From positions 97,065 to 161,064 of the forward strand of contig CAZHUC010000004.1 in NCBI GenBank assembly GCA_964535825.1: a DNA stretch of 64,000 bases, written 5' to 3'. The stretch comes from an uncultured Rickettsiales bacterium (GTDB taxonomy: Bacteria; Pseudomonadota; Alphaproteobacteria; Rickettsiales; SXRF01). Each line of letters opens with the position of its first letter. The first letter of the stretch is position 1. Shown here piece by piece: positions 37,485 to 48,798 of this stretch. The position numbers and the translations under genes are program-made. The notes under the pieces are model-generated. The model searched no databases. It was not told the DNA's origin and worked only from the letters and a program-made list of their open reading frames with translations.

Positions 37485-39581
37485 AGCTTCCTGGCCGAGC
37501 GTGACCGTTTCCCGTTATGGATGCCGGTTTTGCTGGCCATAGGCATTGGCATCTATTTCGGGCTGGAGGCCGAGCCGCCACAAAGAATGCTGTATGGTCT
37601 TGCCGCCGGCATGGGCGGACTCCTCCTTATTTTGCGCCGCCGTTTCCTGCCGCGCTTGGTGCTTATGGCTCTGTTCCTCGTGTGCGTTGGAGCGATGGTG
37701 GCCAGCGTGCGCACGCAGATGGTGGCAGCCCCTTATCTGTATAATACCATTTACTTCAAGGAAGTAACGGGCCGCATCGATGATATCGAGCTGCGTGTGG
37801 ATGACCAGAAGATATACCTGAAGAACGTATCCATCGAAAGCATCAAGCCAGCAACGACACCGAAGCGCGTAAGCATTTCCTTGCGTAAGCCTGCGCCGGA
37901 ACTCAGGGTGGGTGACACGGTGAAGACAAAGGCCATGTTGTTCCCGCCGCCTGAGCCTGCCATGCCCGGCGCGTATGATTTTGCGCGGGCATTTTATTTT
38001 GAACAACTGGGGGCAGTGGGCTACACGCCGCATGCGGTGGAAGTGATCGAGCCGGTTGCAGTAAATAGCTGGTTGGAAAAACTCAATGTCATGCGGCTGG
38101 AGGTAGGGGCACGCATACGCGCCGCCATGAGTACTGAAAATGGTGCGGTGGCATCCGCCCTGATGGTGGGGGAAATGGCAGGTGTACCGGAAGAACTGCG
38201 TGATTCCATGCGTGATTCCGGCCTGTACCATGTGCTTTCTATTTCCGGATTGCATATGTCGCTTGCTGTGGGTGTGTTGTATGTAACGCTCCGTTTCCTG
38301 CTTTCCCTTTACATGCCACTGGCCATCCGTCTGCCGACCAAGAAGATTGCAGCGGCGTGTGGTTTGATCGGTGCGTTCTGCTATTTGTTGCTGGCGGGGT
38401 ATCCTGTGCCTGCTATCCGTTCGTTCATCATGGTGGCGTGTGTGATGGTGGCGGTGTTGGTGGACAGGCGTGGCATCAGCCTTTTTTCGCTGGCGTGGGC
38501 AGCGATGTTGATTTTATTGTTCCAGCCGGAAGCGCTGGTGGGTTCTAGCTTCCAGCTTTCTTTTGCTGCAACCATGGCGATCGTAGTGCTGTATGAACGT
38601 TACGGCAATCTGCTTTACCAACCCGAGATAAGCTGGCTTAGGAAACTACGCGTATATTTTATTGGCCTGATGCTCACATCGCTGGTGGCAACGCTCGCCA
38701 CCACGCCGTTGGTCATCTACCAGTTCAACCGTGTGACGCTCTGGGGCGTGGGAGCGAATATGCTGATGATGCCGCTGGCCTCGCTGTGGATCATGCCGAT
38801 GGCGGTGGTGTCATTGCTTGTCATGCCGTTGGGGCTGGAGCAATGGCCGCTTAAGGCACTGGAGCAGGGCATTGCCATGATGATCGATATTTCCCGCTGG
38901 TTTGCGGCTCTGCCTTATGCTGCCTTCAACACGCCGCCGCTGACACATTGGGGATTTCTGATGTTTGTATTTGGTGGTCTGTGGTTCTGTGTATGGGAGA
39001 GGCGGTGGCGGTTATTGGGGCTGCCGCTGATGGTGGCAAGTCTTGCGACCATCGCATTATATCAACCGTATGATCTGGTGGTAAATGATGATGGTAACCG
39101 TGCGATGCTTCGCCGGCCGGATGGGCAATTCATATTCCTGCGTGGCAAACCCGACAGTTTTGAAAGTGAGATATGGCTCAAGGCGAGTGGTGCGGATAAA
39201 GCACTGACACTGGCAGATGTGAAAGATGATCCTGATTACCAGTGTAATAAGGAGCGCTGTGTGGTGAAGGCTTATGGCCGCACCATCGTGATGTCACTGC
39301 GTAAAAATATTCCCGGCCTGTGCGATGGCGCACCCGACATGGTGATAACAGAAAGTTATTTGAAAGATGAATCATGCAGCCATGTGACATGGCGTATCGA
39401 TAAACGCTTCCTTCGGGCGAATGGTTCGGCAGCATTCAGGCTCGATGACGGGGTGCATGCATATGTGGCATCGAAGGGGCGGGGTGCGCGGCCATGGGGA
39501 GAAAAAGCATATTGGCCTCTTTACCAAATCAGTAATACGGTTATGATGCCTCCATTCAAACCCAAGAAGGATGAACCATGA
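37449..39581 (+). CDS. comEC: ComEC/Rec2 family competence protein
   Basis: HVLSISGLHM competence motif, SFQLSF; divergent from gltX as is typical in Alphaproteobacteria. Confidence 0.92.
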   Translation: MHFPDPRSLIPDSFLAERDRFPLWMPVLLAIGIGIYFGLEAEPPQRMLYGLAAGMGGLLLILRRRFLPRLVLMALFLVCVGAMVASVRTQMVAAPYLYNTIYFKEVTGRIDDIELRVDDQKIYLKNVSIESIKPATTPKRVSISLRKPAPELRVGDTVKTKAMLFPPPEPAMPGAYDFARAFYFEQLGAVGYTPHAVEVIEPVAVNSWLEKLNVMRLEVGARIRAAMSTENGAVASALMVGEMAGVPEELRDSMRDSGLYHVLSISGLHMSLAVGVLYVTLRFLLSLYMPLAIRLPTKKIAAACGLIGAFCYLLLAGYPVPAIRSFIMVACVMVAVLVDRRGISLFSLAWAAMLILLFQPEALVGSSFQLSFAATMAIVVLYERYGNLLYQPEISWLRKLRVYFIGLMLTSLVATLATTPLVIYQFNRVTLWGVGANMLMMPLASLWIMPMAVVSLLVMPLGLEQWPLKALEQGIAMMIDISRWFAALPYAAFNTPPLTHWGFLMFVFGGLWFCVWERRWRLLGLPLMVASLATIALYQPYDLVVNDDGNRAMLRRPDGQFIFLRGKPDSFESEIWLKASGADKALTLADVKDDPDYQCNKERCVVKAYGRTIVMSLRKNIPGLCDGAPDMVITESYLKDESCSHVTWRIDKRFLRANGSAAFRLDDGVHAYVASKGRGARPWGEKAYWPLYQISNTVMMPPFKPKKDEP

Positions 39582-40201
39582 ACACAGCCATGTCCGGTGT
39601 AATGCCCAAATTGCTTAAAGCCCGCCAGTATCACAGTCGTATCTTTGCTGCCCTAATGGTGGCCGTTCTACTGGTATCCGAGCCGCGCCTTGGCTGGAAT
39701 CTGTCTCGCAACGGGCTGATGTTCCTGGGGTATGCCCTCATCATCTTCGGCGCGTTCGGTCGTGTGTATTGCTCGGCATTCATTGGCGGCCGCAAGAATG
39801 ACACGGTCGTAAGAAGTGGCCCGTTCTCTGTGGTGCGTAATCCGCTCTATGTGTTCTCGTTCATTGCGCTTGCTGGCGTGGGCATGCAATCGGGGATGCT
39901 CAGCATCACTGTCATCTTGCTCGGTGCATTCTGTTTATATTATCCCAAGGTGGTGGCGAAGGAAGAAGCGTTCCTTGCTCATAAATTCGGTGAACAATAT
40001 GCGCAATATACGCGTGAAGTGCCGCGTTGGATTCCAAACCTTGACCTGTGGCGCGAACCGGAACAGGTAGAGTGCATGCCAAAATTCGTGCGCAAGACCA
40101 TGATGGATGCTTCCATTTTCTTTCTTGCCATGCCTTGCTTTGTGGTGATTTCCATTTTGCACCGTAATGGCATCCTACCTGTCTGGCTGGTGCTTCCGTG
40201 A
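39578..40201 (+). CDS. Isoprenylcysteine carboxylmethyltransferase (ICMT/PEMT-like) family membrane methyltransferase
   Basis: GPFSVVRNPLY, EEAFL and YTREVPRW motifs. Confidence 0.85.
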   Translation: MNTAMSGVMPKLLKARQYHSRIFAALMVAVLLVSEPRLGWNLSRNGLMFLGYALIIFGAFGRVYCSAFIGGRKNDTVVRSGPFSVVRNPLYVFSFIALAGVGMQSGMLSITVILLGAFCLYYPKVVAKEEAFLAHKFGEQYAQYTREVPRWIPNLDLWREPEQVECMPKFVRKTMMDASIFFLAMPCFVVISILHRNGILPVWLVLP

Positions 40202-42372
40202 GCCATCAGGCGTTGCAGGAACATTCTGATACCACACTGCTTGATGTACTCAATCCAGAGCAGCGCAAAGCAGTAGAGGCCACTGGGGGTGCGGTGCTGG
40301 TGCTAGCCGGTGCTGGCACGGGTAAGACACGCGTGCTCACCACACGCATCGCCCATATCCTGATGAGCAAGCTGGCGTACCCCGGCGAAATTCTGGCTGT
40401 GACCTTCACCAATAAGGCCGCGCGTGAGATGGTGGAGCGTGTGAACCATTTAACTGGCGCGTCGCAATCCATCTGGCTCGGTACATTCCACTCCATTGGT
40501 GTGCGCATTATACGCCGGCATGCAGAGAAGCTGGGGCTTAGTTCGAGCTTCACCATTTTAGATGAAGATGACCAGCTGCGCCTGCTCAAAGCCATTCTGG
40601 CCGAGCAGCATATTGATGAAAAATCCCTGCCGCCTAAACTCTTCAAGGCCGTTATCCAGAACTGGAAAGACCAGGCACTCACGGCAGATAAAATTACAAA
40701 CGGCAAAGATTTACAGGCTGCAGGCGGCAATGCTCTCAAAGTATACCAGATTTATCAGCATCGCCTGAAACAACTCAATGCTGTGGATTTTGGTGATTTG
40801 ATCCTGCATATGATCACGCTCTTCTCGCAGTATGAGGAAGTACTTTCTGAGTATGCGCGCCGGTTCAAGTATATTCTGGTGGATGAGTATCAGGATACGA
40901 ACGTGGCACAGTATCTGTGGCTGCGGTTGCTTGCTTCGTATCACAAAAATCTCTGCTGTGTAGGGGATGATGACCAGTCGATCTATAGCTGGCGCGGTGC
41001 GGAAGTGGGCAACATATTGCGCTTCGAGCGCGACTTCCCGGATGCCACCGTGGTGCGGCTTGAATGTAATTACCGTTCAACGCCCCATATATTAGGGGCG
41101 GCCAGCGCGCTCATTGCCAACAATCAGGGCAGGCTGGGTAAGACATTGTGGACGCCCGAGAAGGAAGGCGAAAAGATCCAGCTGCGTTCCGTATGGGATG
41201 AGGGGGAAGAAGCCCGCTTCATCGGCGAAGAGATCGAACAGCAGCAACGCAATAAAACGGCCCTGAACCAGATGGCGATACTGGTGCGCGCTGGCTTCCA
41301 GACGCGCGCGTTTGAAGAACGCTTCCTCACCATGGGTATCCCATATCGCGTGGTTGGTGGTCTTCGGTTCTATGAACGGGCGGAAATCCGGGATGCTGTG
41401 GCGTATCTGCGCGTGATCGCAAGTCCCGCAGATGATCTGGCGTTCGAGCGCATCATCAATGTACCCAAGCGGGGTATCGGGCAGGCGACGTTGCAGCAGC
41501 TGCATAACACCGCACGTACGATGAATGGTTCACTATATAATGCTACTGTGCATCTGTTGCAGTCGGGCGGTCTCAAAGGAAAACTGGCAAATGCACTGAA
41601 TAAATTCATCGCGCAGTGCGAAAGCTGGCGTAGCAAACTTTCTACCATGACATTATCGGAAGTGGTAGATTTGGTGTTGGAGGAAAGCGGTTACCGCGCC
41701 ATGTGGCAGCAGGAAAAAACACCAGATGCCGCGGGCAGGCTGGACAACTTGAAGGAATTGGTGCGTGCCATGGGGGAATTCGAAACCATCCATGCGTTCC
41801 TTGAGCACGTAAGTCTCGTCACGGAAGCGGCCAGTGCGGGCATGGATACCGATATGGTAAGCCTGATGACCATGCATGCCGCCAAAGGTTTGGAATTCGA
41901 TGTGGTGTTCCTGCCAGGTTGGGAGGAAGGATTATTCCCTAGCCAGCGTTCGGTAGATGAAAATGGCATGAAGGGGTTGGAGGAAGAGCGCAGGCTGGCC
42001 TATGTGGGCATCACCCGTGCGCGCAAGAAATTATATATCAGTCATGCGGCCAACCGCCGCATCTATAACCAGTGGCAAAATAGTATCCCATCGCGCTTCA
42101 TTGGCGAGATTCCTCAGGAATATGTTGAGAAGCTAAATGGTGGCGTGTATGCGAGCGTGCGCCCAACCGTACAAAGCTGGAAAAATGAAGTGGCGAACAT
42201 CCTACAAACGGCGACCTCTTCGAGTACGGCACAGTTTACCGTGGGCAGCCGGATATTCCACCAGAAATTCGGCTATGGCCGCGTGCTGGCTGCAAATGGC
42301 GACCATATCGAGATCGAATTCGAAAAGGCCGGCCGCAAGAAGGTATTGGCGGATTTCATAGAGTCCGTATAA
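40198..42372 (+). CDS. uvrD: UvrD/PcrA ATP-dependent DNA helicase
   Basis: AGAGTGKT, DEYQD, GDDDQSIYSWRGA and HAAKGLEF motifs. Confidence 0.95.
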   Translation: MSHQALQEHSDTTLLDVLNPEQRKAVEATGGAVLVLAGAGTGKTRVLTTRIAHILMSKLAYPGEILAVTFTNKAAREMVERVNHLTGASQSIWLGTFHSIGVRIIRRHAEKLGLSSSFTILDEDDQLRLLKAILAEQHIDEKSLPPKLFKAVIQNWKDQALTADKITNGKDLQAAGGNALKVYQIYQHRLKQLNAVDFGDLILHMITLFSQYEEVLSEYARRFKYILVDEYQDTNVAQYLWLRLLASYHKNLCCVGDDDQSIYSWRGAEVGNILRFERDFPDATVVRLECNYRSTPHILGAASALIANNQGRLGKTLWTPEKEGEKIQLRSVWDEGEEARFIGEEIEQQQRNKTALNQMAILVRAGFQTRAFEERFLTMGIPYRVVGGLRFYERAEIRDAVAYLRVIASPADDLAFERIINVPKRGIGQATLQQLHNTARTMNGSLYNATVHLLQSGGLKGKLANALNKFIAQCESWRSKLSTMTLSEVVDLVLEESGYRAMWQQEKTPDAAGRLDNLKELVRAMGEFETIHAFLEHVSLVTEAASAGMDTDMVSLMTMHAAKGLEFDVVFLPGWEEGLFPSQRSVDENGMKGLEEERRLAYVGITRARKKLYISHAANRRIYNQWQNSIPSRFIGEIPQEYVEKLNGGVYASVRPTVQSWKNEVANILQTATSSSTAQFTVGSRIFHQKFGYGRVLAANGDHIEIEFEKAGRKKVLADFIESV

Positions 42373-42421
42373 CACCACATTCCTGTTTACCCGACCGAAA
42401 ACCTCTACTATTCTGCGGCTC

Positions 42422-43516
42422 ATGAAGAAAAATCATATTATCATTGGTCTTGTTCTGATAGTTGCAGGTGCGGCGTATTATTTCTTCTCCGGTGGTGATA
42501 AAGATGGCGGCCCGAAGGCTCAGGCCGTTACCATCCGTGTTGATACCGCAAAAGCGCAGGATATTCCCATTAATATCAGTCAGGTAGGTACGGTGGTGGC
42601 TAACCAGACGGTGGCTGTGCGCTCACGTCTTGATTCTCAGTTGACTGAAGTGAAGTTCAAAGATGGTGATGCTGTGGCAGAAGGCGATGTGCTTTTTGTA
42701 CTGGATGACAAAGCACTAACCGCGCAGCTGCGTCAGGCGCAGGCAACGCTTGCGAACCTGAAAGCGCAGTATGAGCGATCAAAAGCGCTTATCCTGAAAA
42801 AATTTATCTCGCAGGCTGATCTTGATAAGGCACTGGCCGATTATGAAGCACAGAAAGCCGCGGCGGATGTGATCGCCACCCAGCTGGAATATACCCGCAT
42901 CAAAGCACCTATCAGTGGCCGCACCGGCACGATCAACGTGACCGTTGGTAACACAGTAAAAGCCAATGACACCGAGCCACTGGTCACCATCAACCAGCTC
43001 AAACCTATCCGTGTGCAGGTCTCACTACCTCAGCAATATCTTGATGCGGTACGTACTGCGATGGCACAGGGTGAAGTGACCGTCTCTGCACGTCGCGACA
43101 ATGCAGCGGAAGCAGGCGTATCACGCGGTAAACTGGAATATATCGACAACACAGTAGATCAATCTTCCGGCACATTCGCAGCGCGTGCACTTTTTGCGAA
43201 TGAGGACGAAGCCCTCTGGCCGGGCATGTTCGTAACGCTGGAGCTGACGCTAGGTGAGCAAAAGCAGGCCATCACGATTCCTGAGGTTGCCATTCAGCGC
43301 GGTCAGGAAGGTGATTTCGTGTTTGTTATCCAGGGCAACAAAGCAGAACGCAAGCCGGTGAAGATACTGCGCATACAATCTAACCTTGCTATTATTGATA
43401 AAGGTGTGCAGGCCGGTGAAACGGTGGCGATCGACGGGCTTATGTCGCTCAAAAGCGGCAGTGATGTAACGATCAATAACCCATCAGAAGCAAAAACTCC
43501 TGAAGCAACTCCATGA
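42422..43516 (+). CDS. RND efflux periplasmic adaptor (MdtA-like)
   Basis: N-terminal TM anchor, lipoyl halves (VKFKDGDAV, IKAPISGR), LWPGMFV. Confidence 0.92.
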   Translation: MKKNHIIIGLVLIVAGAAYYFFSGGDKDGGPKAQAVTIRVDTAKAQDIPINISQVGTVVANQTVAVRSRLDSQLTEVKFKDGDAVAEGDVLFVLDDKALTAQLRQAQATLANLKAQYERSKALILKKFISQADLDKALADYEAQKAAADVIATQLEYTRIKAPISGRTGTINVTVGNTVKANDTEPLVTINQLKPIRVQVSLPQQYLDAVRTAMAQGEVTVSARRDNAAEAGVSRGKLEYIDNTVDQSSGTFAARALFANEDEALWPGMFVTLELTLGEQKQAITIPEVAIQRGQEGDFVFVIQGNKAERKPVKILRIQSNLAIIDKGVQAGETVAIDGLMSLKSGSDVTINNPSEAKTPEATP

Positions 43517-46500
43517 ACATTTCTGAATTCTGCATCCGCCGGCCGGTATTCACCATCCTTCTTATGGCTGCGATCTTGGTGGGGGGATTTGCAGGATACA
43601 AAGCATTGCCGGTATCGGCGTTGCCGAATGTGGATTTCCCGACCATTGAGGTGACGGCTAATCTCGCCGGTGCAAGCCCCGAGACCATGGCCTCATCAGT
43701 TGCTACACCGCTGGAGCGGCAATTTTCGCTGATACCGGGTATCAGTTCGATGACGTCCACCAGTTTCCTCGGCAGTACACAGATAACCCTCCAGTTCGAC
43801 CTCGACCGCGACATTGACGGCGCGGCACTCGATGTGCAGACGGCTATTTCAGCCGCGCTGCGGCGTCTGCCGGAAGAGATGACCACGCCGCCTTCCTTCC
43901 GCAAGAACAACCCGTCTGACCAGCCGGTATTGTTCGTTGCTGTATCGTCACCTACACTTTCACTTTCGCAGATAACCGAATATGCCGACACGGTGATGGC
44001 GCAGCGCATCTCCACACTGCCCGGCGTGGCGCAGGTGCAGGTGTATGGCTCGCAGAAATATGCGGTGCGTATCAAGGTAGACCCGGAACGTCTGGCGGTG
44101 CAGGGCATCAGTATCGATGAGGTGCGTCAGGCAGTGAAGGATGCGGCTTCGAATGCACCGGTGGGTATCATCAGTGGTATGAAGCAACTTTATAACCTTG
44201 ATGTTTCCGGCCAGCCGCGTAATGGCGAGGCATTCGGTAATCTTATCATCGCATGGCGAGACGGCGCGCCGGTGCGCCTGAAAGAGATCGCCAACGTGAC
44301 GGATAGCGTAGAAGACAAACGCTCCATCAGCTACATGAACGGTGAGCAATCGGTGGTGCTGGCTATTCAAAGACAACCCGATGCCAACACCATAGATGTT
44401 GTAAAACGTGTGCGTGAACTTATCCCGCAATTCCGCAGCCAGATACCACCTTCGATTGAACTCACACCCATGTTCGACCGTTCGGTAGCCGTGCGCCACG
44501 CGGTGGATGATGTGCAGTTCACCCTGTTCCTCACCATTGGCCTTGTGATCGCCGTTATCTTCCTATTCCTGAAAAATGTGCGTGCCACCATGATTCCGGC
44601 GCTTGCCGTGCCATTATCTATCATTGCCACCTATGGTGTGATGGCGTTGCTTGGGTTTTCCATCAATAATATTTCACTGCTGGCGCTTACACTCTGCGTT
44701 GGCTTCGTGGTGGATGATGCCATTGTGATGCTTGAAAATATCATCCGGTATATCGAGAAGGGCATGTCGCCGTTTGAGGCGGCCATAAAAGGCGCGCGCG
44801 AGATAGGATTTACCATCATATCCATCACACTTTCTTTGGTGGCAGTTTTCATTCCGGTACTTTTCATGGGTGGTGTGATCGGCCGCGTGTTCAATGAATT
44901 CGCGGTGACCATCAGTGTCGCCATTTTAATTTCCGGGCTGGTTTCACTGACACTCACTCCCATGCTCTGCGCCAGAATGCTCAGGCAGCATGAGGAAGAA
45001 AGTGAGTTCTCAAAAAAGCTGGAGGCTGGTTTCCGCTGGCTGCTTTCCAAATATGATGGCTCGCTCACATGGGCGATAAAGCATAAATTTGCCATGCTGG
45101 TGCTTACGCTGGCGAGTGTGATCGCGAGCGTTGTCATGTTCACCATCGTGCCAAAAGGCTTTTTCCCGCTGGAGGATACGGGCTTCATATTCGGCCAGAC
45201 AGAAGCTGCGCAAGATATTTCCTTCGATGCCATGGTGGAAAAGCAAAAGCGTGTGGCAGAAGTGGTGCGTGCAGACCCTGCGGTAGATAATGTGTTCTAT
45301 GCGGTGGGTGGCGGACGCGGCGCGTTCAACACGGGACGTCTGTTCTTCAGCCTGAAGCCACGAACGGAGCGTGACAAGGCAGAAGATGTTATCAAAAGGC
45401 TACGGCAATCCACTTCGAAGATAGAAGGCGTGAATGTTTTCATGCAGCCGGTACAGAATATCCGCATCGGTGGCCGCCTGAGCAAGAGTCTGTACCAATA
45501 TACCCTCCAGAGCAGCAACCTGCAGGAGATGTATCTGTGGGCGGATAAGATGGTGGAAGCTATGGGCAAAGTGCCCGGCATTCTGGATGTGACCTCTGAC
45601 ATGCAGCTCAAAAGTTTACAGGTGCTGGTGCAGGTGGATCAGGAAAAAGCGGCAAGCCTTGGCCTGACCTATGACAGCATCCGCCAGTCATTATACAGCG
45701 CATACGGTACGGCGCAGGTGGCCACACTCTATAGCTCAACCAATGATTACGCGGTGATCGTGGAAGTGGCGGATTACTTCCAGCAATCGCCGGAAAATAT
45801 CGGCAGACTCTACATTCAGAGTAATACGGGTAAGGTTATTCCGCTTGAGGCGGTGGCAACCATATCCCGCGCGGTTGGCCCGCTTTCTGTGAACCATCAG
45901 GGGCAGATGGCGGCGGTGACCATTTCATTCAATCTTGATAAGGGGCTTGCGCTTGGTGATGCGGTGACGGCCATAAATAAAATAAAAACCGATCTCGGTG
46001 TGCCGGAAAGTATCAGCGGCAATTTCCAAGGGGCAGCACAGGTATTCCAGTCATCGGAAGAGGGGCAGGGTATGTTGCTGCTTATCTCTGTGCTGGTCAT
46101 CTATATCATCCTTGGCATGTTGTATGAGAGCTTCATTCATCCGATCACCATTCTGTCCGGTTTGCCATCGGCAGGTATTGGTGCAGTGTTGTGCCTCATG
46201 CTGTTCGAGATGGATCTGAGCGTTATCGCGCTGGTGGGGATCATCCTGCTCATTGGTATCGTAAAGAAGAATGCCATCATGATGGTGGATTTTGCGATTG
46301 CCGCACGGGCAGAGGGTAAGCCCGCCGATGAAGCCATTTACCAAGCCTGCCTGCTGCGTTTCCGGCCGATCATGATGACCACCATGGCCGCTATTTTCGG
46401 TACACTTCCTATCGCTATCGGCTTTGGTGCAGGTGCTGAACTTCGTCAGCCACTAGGTATCGCAGTAGTTGGTGGTCTTCTGATTTCACAGCTTCTCACG

Positions 46501-46581
46501 CTGTATATTACGCCAGTGATATATCTCTATCTGGAAAAACTGAGTGCGCGTTTTAGGCAGCCTCAGCCGCAAGCGCACTAA
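43513..46581 (+). CDS. RND efflux transporter permease (MdtB/C-like)
   Basis: IRRPV, LPNVDFPTI, GFVVDDAIV, GIVKKNAIMMVDF and RFRPIMMTT motifs. Confidence 0.95.
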   Translation: MNISEFCIRRPVFTILLMAAILVGGFAGYKALPVSALPNVDFPTIEVTANLAGASPETMASSVATPLERQFSLIPGISSMTSTSFLGSTQITLQFDLDRDIDGAALDVQTAISAALRRLPEEMTTPPSFRKNNPSDQPVLFVAVSSPTLSLSQITEYADTVMAQRISTLPGVAQVQVYGSQKYAVRIKVDPERLAVQGISIDEVRQAVKDAASNAPVGIISGMKQLYNLDVSGQPRNGEAFGNLIIAWRDGAPVRLKEIANVTDSVEDKRSISYMNGEQSVVLAIQRQPDANTIDVVKRVRELIPQFRSQIPPSIELTPMFDRSVAVRHAVDDVQFTLFLTIGLVIAVIFLFLKNVRATMIPALAVPLSIIATYGVMALLGFSINNISLLALTLCVGFVVDDAIVMLENIIRYIEKGMSPFEAAIKGAREIGFTIISITLSLVAVFIPVLFMGGVIGRVFNEFAVTISVAILISGLVSLTLTPMLCARMLRQHEEESEFSKKLEAGFRWLLSKYDGSLTWAIKHKFAMLVLTLASVIASVVMFTIVPKGFFPLEDTGFIFGQTEAAQDISFDAMVEKQKRVAEVVRADPAVDNVFYAVGGGRGAFNTGRLFFSLKPRTERDKAEDVIKRLRQSTSKIEGVNVFMQPVQNIRIGGRLSKSLYQYTLQSSNLQEMYLWADKMVEAMGKVPGILDVTSDMQLKSLQVLVQVDQEKAASLGLTYDSIRQSLYSAYGTAQVATLYSSTNDYAVIVEVADYFQQSPENIGRLYIQSNTGKVIPLEAVATISRAVGPLSVNHQGQMAAVTISFNLDKGLALGDAVTAINKIKTDLGVPESISGNFQGAAQVFQSSEEGQGMLLLISVLVIYIILGMLYESFIHPITILSGLPSAGIGAVLCLMLFEMDLSVIALVGIILLIGIVKKNAIMMVDFAIAARAEGKPADEAIYQACLLRFRPIMMTTMAAIFGTLPIAIGFGAGAELRQPLGIAVVGGLLISQLLTLYITPVIYLYLEKLSARFRQPQPQAH

Positions 46582-46763
46582 TGTTTAAGGTTTGATTCGT
46601 CCGGTATCTCATCATCCGGCAAGTCATCCATCTCCACGACGGGCACAGAATAACTACCAGTGAACCAGCGACCCAGATCGATATCCGCGCAACGCTTGCA
46701 ACAAAAAGGCGTGAAAGGTTTCTGTGATTCGTTCCCACAGATGGGGCAGCCCGCCTTAGCCAT
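46578..46763 (-). CDS. yacG: DNA gyrase inhibitor YacG
   Basis: CPICG...[15 protein letters not shown] zinc-finger motif. Confidence 0.9.
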   Translation of the reverse strand: MAKAGCPICGNESQKPFTPFCCKRCADIDLGRWFTGSYSVPVVEMDDLPDDEIPDESNLKH

Positions 46764-47412
46764 GGCGCAGGGCTAAAATATTTTCAGCATATTTATCGGC
46801 ATTGCCGGTGAACACGGCAGAACCGGCGACCAGTACATTCGCACCCGCCTCGATAACTTTCTTTGCAGTGTCAGGATTGATGCCGCCATCAACCTCAAGG
46901 TCAATATCGCGGCCTGATTTAGAGATCATGTTGCGCACTTGACGGATCTTATCCAACTGGTTGTCGATGAAGCTTTGGCCACCGAAGCCAGGGTTTACCG
47001 TCATGATTAGAATGAGATCAACTTCATCCATTACATATTCCAGCACGGAGGCAGGAGTGGTCGGTACGATGGAAACACCACATCTCTTTCCGTAAGTTTT
47101 TATGTGGTGAAGCGTGCGGTTCAGGTGTGTGCAGGCCTCGGCATGTACGGTGATGATATCTGCACCGGCGCGGGCATACGACTCGATGGATGCATCCGGT
47201 TTTTCGATCATCAGATGCACATCAAAAGTGAGTTTACTCGTCGGGCGGATGGATTTTATGACCACAGGGCCAATGGTGAGGTTTGGCACAAAATGCCCAT
47301 CCATCACATCCACATGTACATAATCAGCGCCTGCTTCGGTGATGGCGCGTACCTCATCGCCCAGCTTGGCGAAGTCGGCGGATAATATGGATGGGGCGAT
47401 CTTTATGGTCAT
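46756..47412 (-). CDS. rpe: Ribulose-phosphate 3-epimerase
   Basis: [12 protein letters not shown] and [10 protein letters not shown] motifs. Confidence 0.97.
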   Translation of the reverse strand: MTIKIAPSILSADFAKLGDEVRAITEAGADYVHVDVMDGHFVPNLTIGPVVIKSIRPTSKLTFDVHLMIEKPDASIESYARAGADIITVHAEACTHLNRTLHHIKTYGKRCGVSIVPTTPASVLEYVMDEVDLILIMTVNPGFGGQSFIDNQLDKIRQVRNMISKSGRDIDLEVDGGINPDTAKKVIEAGANVLVAGSAVFTGNADKYAENILALRHG

Positions 47413-47444
47413 AAAAGCGTTTCCTGATGCTTAATCCCTAAAGG

Positions 47445-48746
47445 TTAAACAGTTTTTGTCAACAGCGCAGCAAAAAAACCATCCATACCGCCGTTTTCTG
47501 GCTTATGGCTGGGCAGGGTGCGCAGTGTGCCGTATGGCGTAGTATAAGTCGCGAACAGACCAGATGTGACAGGCGTAAGTGATACGTCACTGCGCTCATT
47601 TAGCAATGTGTTTATCTGATATTCGCCTTCCTCTGGTTGCAGCGAGCACACGGCATAAACGAGCTTTCCGCCCTTAGGCAGTATATCCAGCGCATGGTTC
47701 AGCAGCTTTTTCTGGGTTGCGGCAAGGCGGTCAATATCGCGAGCTGTCTTATTGAGAGCTACATCCGGATGGCGGCGCAATGTGCCGGTGGCGGAGCAGG
47801 GGGCATCGAGCAAAATCGCATCCGGTTTGAAATCCGGTTTCCATGTGTAGGCATCAGCCACGACACATTCTGCTTCCATCTGCAGGCGCGCCAGATTGGA
47901 TTTCAGTACATTCATACGATTTTTTGAAATTTCCACCGCGGTCACTTTTGCACCCGCGGCAATGAGCTGCGCGGTTTTCCCGCCGGGGGCAGCACACAGA
48001 TCGATCACGCGTTTGCCTTTGATGTCACCTAGCAGTTGCGCGGGGATACTGGCGGCAACATCCTGCACCCACCAATGACCATCGGCGAAGCCTTCCATCT
48101 GTGTAATGGCTGATGCTTCTGCAATACGCACAGAACCTTCCGGCAGTACCACACCGCCAAGTTTTTCTGCCCATGAATCAGGGGATGATTTTACACTAAT
48201 GTCCAGTGGTGCTTCCGTGAGATGCGCTGCGGCAATTTTCTTGGCTGTATCCTCGCCATAGGCTTCTACCCAGTGCTTCCACAGCCATTCGGGTGTGTTG
48301 AGCTTTCCGGCTTTCTGCCGTTTGATGATGCCTTGTCCTTGTTCAGATACGCGCTTGAGCACAGCATTCACCAAGCCAGTGTAAGGATGCTGGCCATATT
48401 CTTTTGCGAGCTCAACCGAGGAATGCACCGCGGCATGCGCAGGTATCTCCATCCATAATAATTGTGCCGTACCCATACGCAGCACATGCATTGTGATGGG
48501 GGCTTTGTCATGCAGTGGCTGTTCCAGAAAATGGGTAAGCAAGTCATCGATCTGGCCAAGATGGCGGATGGTGGTGCGGGCCAGTCGCTGGGCAAACGCT
48601 TTATCTTGTGGGGGCAGGGTTGCAAAATCCGCATGTTCACCCCATGTATTCTCCAGAGGCAGCTTTTTTTCCAGACACAATGAAAGTGCCGCAAGGCAGC
48701 TTGAGCGGGCAGATGGTGGCGAATTTGCTATTTTGGTTGCGGTCAT
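47445..48746 (-). CDS. rsmB: RsmB/NOP family 16S rRNA m5C methyltransferase (NusB-like N-domain)
   Basis: DLCAAPGGKT, DAPCSATG and YAVCSL motifs. Confidence 0.9.
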   Translation of the reverse strand: MTATKIANSPPSARSSCLAALSLCLEKKLPLENTWGEHADFATLPPQDKAFAQRLARTTIRHLGQIDDLLTHFLEQPLHDKAPITMHVLRMGTAQLLWMEIPAHAAVHSSVELAKEYGQHPYTGLVNAVLKRVSEQGQGIIKRQKAGKLNTPEWLWKHWVEAYGEDTAKKIAAAHLTEAPLDISVKSSPDSWAEKLGGVVLPEGSVRIAEASAITQMEGFADGHWWVQDVAASIPAQLLGDIKGKRVIDLCAAPGGKTAQLIAAGAKVTAVEISKNRMNVLKSNLARLQMEAECVVADAYTWKPDFKPDAILLDAPCSATGTLRRHPDVALNKTARDIDRLAATQKKLLNHALDILPKGGKLVYAVCSLQPEEGEYQINTLLNERSDVSLTPVTSGLFATYTTPYGTLRTLPSHKPENGGMDGFFAALLTKTV

Positions 48747-48798
48747 TGTCTGCTAGATTGCGGTTTGAAAGCACCTGTATGGCACAAAGGAGATAAAA

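Noticed and set aside
37449-39581. ComEC with no recognisable C-terminal metallo-beta-lactamase motif
   Set aside because: This shorter architecture is common in alphaproteobacterial ComEC
42422-46581. RND adaptor and permease without an outer-membrane factor
   Set aside because: Two-gene RND operons that borrow a TolC-family protein encoded elsewhere are commonplace
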